27,595 nucleotides of DNA from a virus. Lineage: Duplodnaviria > Caudoviricetes. Location of the stretch: IMG/VR virus record IMGVR_UViG_3300012359_000045, positions 1 through 27,595 of that record. One strand, 5' to 3'. Each line of letters opens with the position of its first letter. Within the stretch, counting starts at the first letter, position 1. The notes beneath the pieces are model-generated. The model saw only the letters and a list, made by a program, of their open reading frames with translations, did no database searches and was not told the DNA's origin. Positions 8,338 through 17,244 of this stretch are shown here, piece after piece. Made by a program: the position numbers and the translations under genes.

Positions 8338-8460
8338 CCTGACGGCTATCAGACCGTCAGGTCTTCCGGCAATCATACCGGGTTGCAACAACCGCAAATA
8401 CGATAAGGGCCAGTCATAGTTAAATCGTCACTGCGGTGTCCATTAGCTGGTAACGACACC
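8338..8460 (+). promoter_or_regulatory. Structured 5' leader of the major capsid gene (three hairpins with CWRTCAKA loops)
   Basis: Loops CTATCAGA (8346-8353), CAATCATA (8370-8377) and CAGTCATA (8411-8418), each closed by a complementary stem. Confidence 0.6.
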
Positions 8461-8477
8461 AGGACAGGTGACATGTA

Positions 8478-9914
8478 ATGAACATAAAGGAACTCATCGC
8501 CGGTATCGAAGTGGAACTCGAAGCGGCACAGAAGCGAGAGCAGAAGGCGCAGCGCAGTATCGAGCTGATCCTGGCCACCGTTCAGCAGGAAGGCCGTCCC
8601 AATCTCACTCCTGAAGAAGATACCGAATGCGAACGGCAGGACGGAATCCGGGAAGAGGCTAAGGCGCAGCAAACAGGTATCCGGGCTAAGCTTGCCCGTG
8701 CCAGGAAGGCGGAGGCCGACGAGCTGGAGGCCGAGAACAGGCTCAGGGAGGCCGTGGATGTTCCCGCGCCTAAGCGTGCCCCTCAGCGTCGTGATCAGGT
8801 CGTGCAGGTTGGCCAGGAGGAGCGGACTTACCATAAGGGGAACGACCCGGTTGGTTCTATGTTCCTTCGTGACGTGGCTCTGGGCGGGCTGTTTCACAAT
8901 GCCCGCTCTTCGGAACGTCTCGCGCGGCACATGAATGAGGAACGGGTGGAGCGCGCCGGCTATGTGGAGCGTGCCGCGGGTGACCTGCTCACGTCCGGGC
9001 TGGGCGGGCTGGTCGTGCCCCAGTACCTGGTCGAAATGACTGCTCCTGCCATCGCTAACCTCCGTCCGTTCGCGGACTCGTGTACTCCTCACGAGCTCCC
9101 CCCGGATGGCATGTCGGTTACCATCCCGACTATCACCACTGCCACGTCTGCGGCCGTCCAGTCCACCCAGCTTACCGCCGTGTCAGCCACGTCGGCTGTT
9201 GAGACCGATCTGACCCTCTCGATCAAGACTACTGCGGGTCAGCAGAACGTCTCCCGGCAGGCCGTCGAGCGCGGCACGGGCATCGGTGAAGTGGTTATGA
9301 GAGACCTCCAGCGGCGTTACGCGACCTCGCTGGATAACGAGCTGGTTAACGGCGCGACGACAGGTCTTCGTAACTTCGGCACGACGAACACCTATACCTC
9401 GGCTTCTCCGACCGGCCCTGAAATATACGGCCGTATTCTCGGTGCGCTGTCACAGGTGGAAAAGGCGCTGCTGGCTCAGGCTAAGCCTAACCTTGTGGTT
9501 ATGCACGGCCGCCGCTGGTACTGGCTCCAGGGCCAGATGGTCTCGGTGTGGCCGATGGTCAATGCTGGCGGCGGGCTGGGCCAGCCCGCGGGCGACGTGA
9601 ACGGGCTTAAGTACGGCTCGCCTTCCAGGGGTAGCCTGCCGAATGGCGTGGCCGTGTGTATCGACGATAACATCGTGACTAACCTGGGTGTCGGTACCAA
9701 CCAGGATCAGGTTTACACGCTGTCGTCTGATGAGGCTCACCTGTGGGAGGCTCCCGGGCAGCCTCTCATGATCAGGGCGGAGCAGCCTAACATTGCTGCA
9801 CTGGGCATCCTGTTCGTGGTCTACGGCTATTTTGCCTATACCTTCGCTCGTTATGGCGCGACTTCGGTGAACGTCCTGGACGGCACCGGACTCGTGGCAC
9901 CGGCCGGGTACTGA
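8478..9914 (+). CDS. Major capsid protein (HK97 fold) with N-terminal coiled-coil delta domain
   Basis: Charged coiled-coil N-terminus, GGLVVPQYL, TAGQQNVSRQAVERG, VVMHGRRWYWL. Follows the protease, with SD AGGTG. Confidence 0.92.
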   Translation: MNIKELIAGIEVELEAAQKREQKAQRSIELILATVQQEGRPNLTPEEDTECERQDGIREEAKAQQTGIRAKLARARKAEADELEAENRLREAVDVPAPKRAPQRRDQVVQVGQEERTYHKGNDPVGSMFLRDVALGGLFHNARSSERLARHMNEERVERAGYVERAAGDLLTSGLGGLVVPQYLVEMTAPAIANLRPFADSCTPHELPPDGMSVTIPTITTATSAAVQSTQLTAVSATSAVETDLTLSIKTTAGQQNVSRQAVERGTGIGEVVMRDLQRRYATSLDNELVNGATTGLRNFGTTNTYTSASPTGPEIYGRILGALSQVEKALLAQAKPNLVVMHGRRWYWLQGQMVSVWPMVNAGGGLGQPAGDVNGLKYGSPSRGSLPNGVAVCIDDNIVTNLGVGTNQDQVYTLSSDEAHLWEAPGQPLMIRAEQPNIAALGILFVVYGYFAYTFARYGATSVNVLDGTGLVAPAGY

Positions 9915-9931
9915 TCTAGCTAATCCTTAAT

Positions 9932-9959
9932 GGCCAGGCCGGTTAATCCCGGCCTGGCC
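9932..9959 (+). terminator. 11-bp GC hairpin after the capsid gene (attenuator or mRNA-stabilising stem)
   Basis: GGCCAGGCCGG-TTAATC-CCGGCCTGGCC, with no U-tract. Confidence 0.6.
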
Positions 9960-9976
9960 TCCGGGAGGGGCAATTA

Positions 9977-10348
9977 ATGGCTATCATCGTATCGCACAAC
10001 GCGACTATCGCTAATGCTCAGGCAGCGGCAGGCGATACCAACATACTGGATCGCGGTATGGCTCACTGGGACCATCCGGCGATGCTCCGCCTGGTTACCA
10101 CAATCGGCGCGACCCCCACGGCTACTTTTTCTCAGGTTCTCGGCTCAGTGGACGGGACCAGTTTTTACCCTGTTCCTTATGCCGACTCGGCTACGCCGGG
10201 AACTTTGACAACGGCAGCTTTCGGTGCGATTACCACGGCTCAGACCAAGATCGTGTATTTGCAGCCTACGCCGTGGCGTTACCTCAAGATGAATATCTCA
10301 GCGGTAACCAACGTCACCTCTACGATTGATGTTTTCTCAGGAGAATGA
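9977..10348 (+). CDS. Hypothetical beta-rich virion protein (possible head decoration)
   Basis: Strong SD GGAGGGG. T/A-rich sequence with GSVDG..FY and WRYLK. Directly after the capsid gene. Confidence 0.6.
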   Translation: MAIIVSHNATIANAQAAAGDTNILDRGMAHWDHPAMLRLVTTIGATPTATFSQVLGSVDGTSFYPVPYADSATPGTLTTAAFGAITTAQTKIVYLQPTPWRYLKMNISAVTNVTSTIDVFSGE

Positions 10349-10536
10349 AAATGGATCACGCACTTAAGGCTGAACGGGACCGTGCTGCTGCTTACGGCCT
10401 TATCAGGCTAGTCGAGCTAGCCGATGAAAAGCTGGCCGAAAGGGAGCAAGGTGAGATTAAGGACCGTCACGCCCCGGTTCGGCAGACCGCGTCTGCGGGC
10501 GCGGCGCGTACTCCAAGGAAGGCAGTTAAGGAATGA
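10345..10536 (+). CDS. Hypothetical protein
   Basis: ATGA overlaps at both ends, SD AGGAG. Confidence 0.65.
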   Translation: MKMDHALKAERDRAAAYGLIRLVELADEKLAEREQGEIKDRHAPVRQTASAGAARTPRKAVKE

Positions 10537-11015
10537 GCAGGTATCGTACCCAGTTTCTCTCGGCAACCGCTATCGCAGTTGACACCGCATTCGGTTTTCT
10601 TATGTGTCCTGCCTCTGGCGGGTATAACCTGCGCCGTATCACCGGAGGCCTGGTAACAGTCGGTTCCAGCGGGGCACCGCCGGATCAGGATTGCCTGCTG
10701 GGTATCGCCGCGGCCACGGCCGGACCTACCGGCGCGCCGACCACTACCACAACCACGCTGCTTAACCAGAACTCGGTTCCGTCGCTGATGATCGCGGCGA
10801 CCACCTACGCAACCACTAACCCTACCTTCTCGGCTTCTGCTGCTGATCCTTTCCAGATTCCGGTCTCATCCCGAGGAGGTTATGATCTTCTCTGGGAGGC
10901 TCAGGAGGAGTGGCAGATTCTTAAGGGGGTTGCTAACGGGCTGGTTTTCGTGAACCGCCAGAATGCTCTTACCACGCCGCTTGCATGGAAGCTGCTGATA
11001 GAATGGGAGGAATAG
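10533..11015 (+). CDS. Hypothetical beta-rich virion protein
   Basis: ATGA coupling. T/A/G-rich, ends in IEWEE. Confidence 0.65.
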   Translation: MSRYRTQFLSATAIAVDTAFGFLMCPASGGYNLRRITGGLVTVGSSGAPPDQDCLLGIAAATAGPTGAPTTTTTTLLNQNSVPSLMIAATTYATTNPTFSASAADPFQIPVSSRGGYDLLWEAQEEWQILKGVANGLVFVNRQNALTTPLAWKLLIEWEE

Positions 11016-11021
11016 ATTACA

Positions 11022-11459
11022 GTGAGTAATGAGGTGTCACTCTCTGTATGTAGCATTTGTAATAAGTCTTTCATCCCTGAAACTACTTTCGGTGGCAGAT
11101 CATTTAAAACTTGCAGCGATTGCAGGGATAAACGAGCTAAATATATGCTTAAATGGAAAGGCGGTCGGGAAGGATATAATGATCATCAGCGTGATTATAA
11201 AAGATCCCGCCGCCAGCAAGTCCTAGATCATTATGGCAATAAGTGTGCCTGCTGCGGAGAATCCAGGTTTGAATTCCTGTCAATGGATCACATCAGCGGT
11301 GGCGGAACTGCTGATCGGAGAAAATCCGGGTTGCGCGGGAATGCAATTATAGGATGGATTATCCGGAATAATTACCCGGATACATTCCGCATTCTATGCC
11401 ATAACTGTAACCAGGCAATAGGCTTCTACGGGATTTGCCCGCATGAGACGGAGAAATAA
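11022..11459 (+). CDS. HNH-like (homing) endonuclease
   Basis: CSIC/CSDC Zn site, CACCGE...LSMDHISGGG...FRILCHNCN. Visibly more AT-rich than its neighbours. Confidence 0.82.
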   Translation: MSNEVSLSVCSICNKSFIPETTFGGRSFKTCSDCRDKRAKYMLKWKGGREGYNDHQRDYKRSRRQQVLDHYGNKCACCGESRFEFLSMDHISGGGTADRRKSGLRGNAIIGWIIRNNYPDTFRILCHNCNQAIGFYGICPHETEK

Positions 11460-11512
11460 TGACTAAACCTCTTGCCGTCGAATGACATCCATCGAGAGAT
11501 CCTGGGGAAGTC

Positions 11513-12097
11513 ATGAGCAATTATTCAGGGACCCCGGTAGAGCTATTTCACTCGTTTTACGGTGCTGCTACCACCAGCGTGCCATCGGCTAGCGCCGCCA
11601 CTATCACTGCGGGAACCCCGGAGATAGTGATACCTGCCGGGTACATGTCCGGGCTCGGAAAGAAATCCAGCTCGGCAAGGCTGGAGATCGGCGGGTACAT
11701 GACGGCAACGGCGACGGTGCCCACGTTCGCCTTCGGCCTTGCCTATACTGCTTTCGCGACCCCGCCGGCCTTTTCCGCCGCGACCCCGCTGGCTACCTTG
11801 TCCAATACGGTAACCCCTGCGGCGGCCACGGGCTCCTGGGATGCCGTGTTCAAGATCGGCCTCCGTACGCTAGGCCTGGGGAATACATCCACCGTATGGT
11901 GCAGCGGGAAGGTAGCAGCCAGCCCGGCGCTCACCACGTCGGTCTGGTGGCTCAACCCGCTGGGTTCCGGCGGGACTACTGTCACCACCTGGCAATCCGA
12001 TCAGGAGTATTACCTGTGGCCCTACCTTACCCTGGGAGCGGCTACCGCCCTTAATACGGTGACCCTTCAGTACGCCACGCTTTACCTGGAGAACTAG
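11513..12097 (+). CDS. Hypothetical beta-rich virion protein
   Basis: SD GGGGAAG. T/A/S/G-rich 194 aa protein in the structural operon. Confidence 0.65.
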   Translation: MSNYSGTPVELFHSFYGAATTSVPSASAATITAGTPEIVIPAGYMSGLGKKSSSARLEIGGYMTATATVPTFAFGLAYTAFATPPAFSAATPLATLSNTVTPAAATGSWDAVFKIGLRTLGLGNTSTVWCSGKVAASPALTTSVWWLNPLGSGGTTVTTWQSDQEYYLWPYLTLGAATALNTVTLQYATLYLEN

Positions 12098-12099
12098 CC

Positions 12100-12402
12100 A
12101 TGAGTGTCGGATATTCGGCGACAAAGACAGATTTCGATTCCCGCGCCGGGCAGCTTGCGACTGCGCTGCGCGCAGCGCTGTACAACTGCCAGCAGTTCAG
12201 CCAGCTCCTGCAATCGTCACAATGGACTGACTCTAATCTCATCGCCCTCGGTTATACTCAGGCGGAAGTCACTTTGCTCAAGGCAGCGTTTACTGATTTC
12301 ACCTCCCTGTACAATATCGCGCACGCCAACGGCACGCTAGTGGCCGTTAATGATTTCTTTTTCAACGGCAACAAGCTGATGGGCGTCGTAGGGGTCGGCT
12401 GA
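12100..12402 (+). CDS. Hypothetical helical protein
   Basis: SD GGAGA, 2 nt after the previous stop. Confidence 0.65.
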   Translation: MSVGYSATKTDFDSRAGQLATALRAALYNCQQFSQLLQSSQWTDSNLIALGYTQAEVTLLKAAFTDFTSLYNIAHANGTLVAVNDFFFNGNKLMGVVGVG

Positions 12403-12434
12403 CCTGCTCTTGTCTCTTGTAAGGCGGTAGTGTC

Positions 12435-15400
12435 GTGCCACTGTCAGTGACGGTTACGGCTACCGCCGGGGGGAGCACCGCTCCCGGGATACTCCTCAGG
12501 GTGAAGGTCCTGACAGGGGCGGCGTCCGCGCAGACCGGCGCGACGGGCATTAATTCGAGCAACACCCCGTTCACCCCGGATTTGTCCCTGTCCACCACTA
12601 CGACCGGCTCATATGTCTACGGTGCGCTGGTCAATGGCGCTCCGCTGACGAACGGGTCGGCTTTCACCCCGGCCTCCGGCAATACGCTGCTCGACAGTTA
12701 TGCTGACAGCGCCAATGCCGAGCAGTACGGTGCCACCAGGACTACCGCGGCGACAGGTACTCCCGGGCCGGTCACTGCCGGTGCTTCCGCGCCGTTGTCT
12801 ACGGGGAGCATCGCGTTCGCGGAGATCCTTCCCGGGGCGGGCGGAATTTCCGAAGACCCCTCATCACCCGCCACGGCAGTCAGCACTACCGGCACCGCCG
12901 TGAGCACGGCAAGCTTCACTCCGCCAGACGGCGCGCTGCTGGTAGCCATGGTGGCCTCCGATGGCGGATCGGGACAGACCACCATGTCCGTGTCCGGCGG
13001 CGGGGTTGCCTGGACGCCGATGGCGGAGGCGAACACCGCACCCAGCGACTATGCGGGCGTCTGGGTGGCCCGGCTGCCTTCTTCAGACCCCCACGACCCG
13101 GTTATAACCGCCGCTCAGGGCGGTTCTACCGCCGCGGGCCTGGCGATGCGTATTTTCGTCCTGACGCAGGCGGCGGCGACGCAGGACGGCGGGACCCAGA
13201 ATGCCTCGATCTCAAGCAGCACCGCATTCACGGGCTCCATCACTACCACGCAAACCGGAAGCCGGGTTTACGGGGCGGTATCCCACACCAACGTGTCCGA
13301 TGTAGCAGCGGCTAACAGCACTCTCCTTGATGATGTCGCTGATGCTACTAACAATGGTCGGTATGTTACTTTCAAGGCGACGACGCTAACCGGGACTCCC
13401 GGGGCGACCACGCTGGGTGTCACGGCCGCGTCGTCGACAACAGGCCCCCTGGCGCAGGCGGAAGTAAAAACCTCGGGAACACTGACAGAAGACGGTTCTG
13501 CCCCGGCACCGGTCAGCACAACATCTGCCACCTTTGTCTCCTGCGCAAACTTTACCCCGCCAGCCGGGTCGCTGCTCGTGGTGCTTGTCGCATCTGATGG
13601 TGGTACCGGAATCACTACGATGTCCGTGTCCGGCGGCGGGCTGAATTTCACGGAACTTGTCAAGAATAACCCTTCCGGTCTTGACTATGCTGGCGTATGG
13701 GTAGCCCAGGTGCCTGCCGGCGGCGGGATCGGACCACTGCCGAGCAGGCCTCCGAGGAAATACCGCCGTATCCAGCAGCCCATGCCCGCAGGCACTCCGG
13801 CAGCCGCGATATCCGCAGTACCAGCATGGACCGGTGCCCGCCAGCTTGCGCGGAGATTCGTCCGCAGCCGGGTATCGGCGGGCACGCCAGCTGCGACTCC
13901 TGCCGTTCCCCTGAGAGTAATAACTTCACGGAGACCCTTTACCCGCACTGGCCGCAGCTGGATAGCGGCGGGTAAGGTACCTGTGCCGATCAGCCAATCG
14001 GCGGGTTCCGCGGCAGCGGCTAATAACGCGACAGCCTCGTTTACCTCGCGGGGCGGCACGACCCTGGTCGCCATGGTGGGCAGGTCGGGGGGCCTGGCTA
14101 CCGGGGCGCTTACCGGAGTCATTGACTCGGCCGGTAATTCCTGGGGGCTGGTCACCCGCGGAGCTGTTTCGGGGCAGTCGAATACCCGCCTGGAGTGCTG
14201 GGCTGCTTTCAACGCCGCAGCGGTTACTTCCGTGACATTCCAGTCCGGTACCTCCCAGACGTATGTCTGGAATATAAGCGAGTGGCCGGGCTCTTACATA
14301 GCGGTTGACGCAGCCTCTCCTGATAATTCGGGCGCCGGGCCGGGCACCACGATTGATACCCCGTCAATCACGCCGTCAGGCCGGGCTGATGTCTTCCTGG
14401 CAGCCGCCCACTACAACGCGGTAACTTCCGGGACACTTAATACCGCTAACTGGGCGCCGCTGCTCAATTTCGATGATGCCGCCGGATCCGGCCGGGCAGC
14501 CTTCGTCATCCCGAACAGTACCGCACCGGAATCTGCGGAGTGGCTGCTGGGGTCCAGCGCCAGTGCCGGTGTCGTTACTGTCGCACTCGGGCCGTCCATC
14601 CGGACGCCGCCCGCGGCTACACGGACCGCCCGGCGTCCTTACGGCAGGACACGGCCGGCGGGGATAGCTCCGGGCATCGTCGTGACGGCCGCTGCGGCCC
14701 CCGTGCCGCCGGCCCCGTCCAGGACCGCCACCCGGCTCAGGCAGGCCTTCAGGGGCCAGCGTAGCGCGATACAGCCCGGCATCGTCGTCACGATCACGCC
14801 GCCTCCAGTAGTGCCCGCCCGGGTCAGAACTCTCCGGGTTCCTTTCACGAGGCCTAGGCCTGGCGGTATCCGTCAGGGCGTGGTTATCGCTGCTGCCCCG
14901 GTCACCCCCGTGGTTCCGGGCAGGATCAGGACCCCGCGGCGGCCCTTCACCCGCATTAAGAGCGGCCAGATCACTGCGGGCATTGTCGTCACGGTAACAG
15001 CGGTTATCGCGCCGGTAGTGCCTGATCGGATAAGGACTGTCAGGCGGCCGTTTACCCGCGTCAGGCCTGGCCTGATAACCACGGGTCTTGTTGTCACGGT
15101 TACAGCAGCACCTGTGCCTGTCGTCCCTGTTCCGGTGAAAACACTGCGGAGGCCTTTTACCCGGGTTAAATCTGCGGGTATCCGTCCTGGGGTTATCGTA
15201 AAGATCCCTGTCGCGCCGGCCAGTATAAGAACGCCGCGACAGCCTTTTACCAGGGTTAAGACTCGCGGTATAACCCCCGGCCGGGTAGTGGTAATAATTA
15301 TCCCGCCGATCGTGCCCGCTAGGGTACGGACCAGGTTCCGCCCGCATACGAAGGCAATATCCAGGAGTAAGATCACCGGGGTTCTTGATCCCGGGGCGGT

Positions 15401-15572
15401 AATTGTCGTCTTCTATGCTACCTCGGTAGCCGGGGGTACTGAGCGGAACCGGACGGATAGCGGAACGGGCACCTCTCCGGGATCAGCTCCGGGAACAGGT
15501 CACCTGGCAGATGACGCAATCGGCGGGGCGGGGAAACCGGATAGCACGGCCGGAGGCAGGCAGATTGGATGA
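12435..15572 (+). CDS. 1045-aa repeat protein (duplicated beta-sandwich modules + basic RRPFTR repeats), putative fibre or appendage
   Basis: Duplicated about 212-aa module (exact 21-nt repeat at 12984-13004 and 13620-13640). About 8 C-terminal repeats of 30-35 aa. Confidence 0.7.
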   Translation: MPLSVTVTATAGGSTAPGILLRVKVLTGAASAQTGATGINSSNTPFTPDLSLSTTTTGSYVYGALVNGAPLTNGSAFTPASGNTLLDSYADSANAEQYGATRTTAATGTPGPVTAGASAPLSTGSIAFAEILPGAGGISEDPSSPATAVSTTGTAVSTASFTPPDGALLVAMVASDGGSGQTTMSVSGGGVAWTPMAEANTAPSDYAGVWVARLPSSDPHDPVITAAQGGSTAAGLAMRIFVLTQAAATQDGGTQNASISSSTAFTGSITTTQTGSRVYGAVSHTNVSDVAAANSTLLDDVADATNNGRYVTFKATTLTGTPGATTLGVTAASSTTGPLAQAEVKTSGTLTEDGSAPAPVSTTSATFVSCANFTPPAGSLLVVLVASDGGTGITTMSVSGGGLNFTELVKNNPSGLDYAGVWVAQVPAGGGIGPLPSRPPRKYRRIQQPMPAGTPAAAISAVPAWTGARQLARRFVRSRVSAGTPAATPAVPLRVITSRRPFTRTGRSWIAAGKVPVPISQSAGSAAAANNATASFTSRGGTTLVAMVGRSGGLATGALTGVIDSAGNSWGLVTRGAVSGQSNTRLECWAAFNAAAVTSVTFQSGTSQTYVWNISEWPGSYIAVDAASPDNSGAGPGTTIDTPSITPSGRADVFLAAAHYNAVTSGTLNTANWAPLLNFDDAAGSGRAAFVIPNSTAPESAEWLLGSSASAGVVTVALGPSIRTPPAATRTARRPYGRTRPAGIAPGIVVTAAAAPVPPAPSRTATRLRQAFRGQRSAIQPGIVVTITPPPVVPARVRTLRVPFTRPRPGGIRQGVVIAAAPVTPVVPGRIRTPRRPFTRIKSGQITAGIVVTVTAVIAPVVPDRIRTVRRPFTRVRPGLITTGLVVTVTAAPVPVVPVPVKTLRRPFTRVKSAGIRPGVIVKIPVAPASIRTPRQPFTRVKTRGITPGRVVVIIIPPIVPARVRTRFRPHTKAISRSKITGVLDPGAVIVVFYATSVAGGTERNRTDSGTGTSPGSAPGTGHLADDAIGGAGKPDSTAGGRQIG

Positions 15573-15577
15573 CATAA

Positions 15578-16399
15578 ATGTATGAGCTTGGCCAGCCGTA
15601 CCGTTTCACTTTGAAGGTTTTTGATGTCAACGGCGCGCTTACTGATTCTAGCACGCAGTCGGTAACGGTTACGCTGCCCGATCTGACCACGTCGTCCCTT
15701 TCTGTTGTCCGCGACAGCCTGGGTGTCTACCACGCGGATTATACTCCCGCGGTCCAGGAAGGCCTGTATAAATTCCAGGGTGTTACTACCGGCCCCGTCA
15801 CCTCTAAAACTGATTATGTCCCGTTCAATGTTTTCCGGTCTATTGTCAGCATCGATGAGGCCAGGATTTTCGCCGGTTATACCGAGGGCGACCAGGATGC
15901 TCTTTTCCGCCAGGTCATGTCCGCGGCCACGGAGAAAGCCGAGTCGATTGTGGGCCATTGCGTGCAGCGGCGTTTCGTTAACGATCGCGTTCCGGGTTAC
16001 TCGGCGCAGGTTCTCCGGATGCCTCACGGCCCGCTGCCATCGGACACGGCTGTGGAATCGATCACCTCCGTTTACCCGGGCGGCCCTTCGTGGGTTACCG
16101 CGGACTTGATGCAGTACCCGGATAGTGCCACAGTGGAGCTGGTCAACTGGCTTCCGTTCTGGTACGGACCGTGGAAGGCCACTTACACAGCGGGGCGGGC
16201 GGTTATCTCAGAGAAAATCCAGCTTGCCGTCAAGGAATTCATCTACGATTTCTGGTCCAGTCACAGGCCTTACGGACTTGGTGGCCTGGAGCCTGGTCCT
16301 GAGGAGACTGCCCGCTGGGAAGCGGCGCTGGCACAGTACGAGATCCCGCCTCATGCCAGGGCGCTGCTGGAGTCAGAGGAGCAACCCGGGTTTGCCTGA
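15578..16399 (+). CDS. Head-tail connector/adaptor with an extra N-terminal beta-sandwich domain
   Basis: IVSIDEARIF...AATEKAESIVG...VESITSV...YTAGR...IQLAVKE is gp6-like. About 85 aa of N-terminal extension. Confidence 0.78.
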   Translation: MYELGQPYRFTLKVFDVNGALTDSSTQSVTVTLPDLTTSSLSVVRDSLGVYHADYTPAVQEGLYKFQGVTTGPVTSKTDYVPFNVFRSIVSIDEARIFAGYTEGDQDALFRQVMSAATEKAESIVGHCVQRRFVNDRVPGYSAQVLRMPHGPLPSDTAVESITSVYPGGPSWVTADLMQYPDSATVELVNWLPFWYGPWKATYTAGRAVISEKIQLAVKEFIYDFWSSHRPYGLGGLEPGPEETARWEAALAQYEIPPHARALLESEEQPGFA

Positions 16400-16406
16400 T
16401 CAGCCT

Positions 16407-16531
16407 TCTGACCTGCACAGACAATCTGGGGGCCTTAAATCCCGCGTTTCCGCAGGTCGCAGAGTTACGGTGCCGGGCCGCGTAACCACCCCAGGAGGCC
16501 CCGTTAACTTGGTAAACCCGCAGGTCAGAGG
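16407..16531. repeat. Intergenic nested inverted-repeat element carrying TGACCTGC motifs
   Basis: TCTGACCTGC 16407-16416 / GCAGGTCAGA 16520-16529; GGGGCCT 16429-16435 / AGGCCCC 16496-16502; GTTACG / CGTAAC within 16464-16486. Confidence 0.75.
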
Positions 16532-16555
16532 CATGGAAAACAGGGGGTAGGGCAC

Positions 16556-17017
16556 GTGAAAGTCACTTCCGCGGATGACGTGATCCTGGCGGTGACCGCC
16601 GCACTTGACGCGGCGGTGACTTATCCCGTTTTCGACGGCCCGCCGTCCGGGCGTCCTGTCCGGGGTACGGACCGTTATGTCGTCATCGGGACGGACACTC
16701 TCGATACCGGCGAGGATGCCGGGCCGGCTAACGCAGCTGACATGTCTCAGGCCTGGAAGGGCCTCGGCCAGAAGGCCCGGGACGAAGATCTGCACATTCA
16801 CTGTATTTCCGTGGGAAAGGGGTCGTCGGTTGCAGCGGCGAGAGGCTTCGCCATGGCGGCGCTCCAGAACACTTTCGACTATCTCGGCCAGCATCCGACT
16901 AATGAAACCTATAATGCGCTGGTTTCTGATATAAGTGATGTCCGTGTCAGGAATACCTCCGGGGGAGCCGTCGTGCACATATTGTTCACGATATCGGCTT
17001 CCGCCCGTCTTACATGA
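16556..17017 (+). CDS. Tail terminator/completion protein
   Basis: PVFDGPP...YVVIG motif. Lies between the connector and the tail tube. Confidence 0.65.
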   Translation: MKVTSADDVILAVTAALDAAVTYPVFDGPPSGRPVRGTDRYVVIGTDTLDTGEDAGPANAADMSQAWKGLGQKARDEDLHIHCISVGKGSSVAAARGFAMAALQNTFDYLGQHPTNETYNALVSDISDVRVRNTSGGAVVHILFTISASARLT

Positions 17018-17046
17018 ATCCTGCTGGCAGATAAAGGGAAGATAAA

Positions 17047-17241
17047 ATGGCACTAAAGCGTTATAACGGGCCGGAGGCGTCCGTGATTCTTTCCGTGGCC
17101 GGCCACGAAATCGGGACTTGCGCTCAGGGCGAGAGCATTGTCATTCCCGACGAGCTGGCGGACATGGTTGAGTGGCCCGGGTACTGGGAGGATTTTTCCG
17201 CCCCGGAAACTAAGGCCATAACTTCCGGAGGAGAGGAGTAA
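17047..17241 (+). CDS. Small hypothetical protein preceding the tail tube
   Basis: RYNGP...GESIVIPDELA...W, with SD GGGAAG. Confidence 0.65.
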   Translation: MALKRYNGPEASVILSVAGHEIGTCAQGESIVIPDELADMVEWPGYWEDFSAPETKAITSGGEE

Positions 17242-17244
17242 GAT

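Noticed and set aside
11016-11512. HNH gene as part of a group I intron
   Set aside because: The flanks are only about 6 and 53 nt, too short for a ribozyme core, and the neighbouring genes have their own stops and starts.
12984-13640. Duplicated segment as a DGR template/variable repeat pair
   Set aside because: Both copies are in-frame in one gene, the differences are not adenine-specific, and no reverse transcriptase is in the window.
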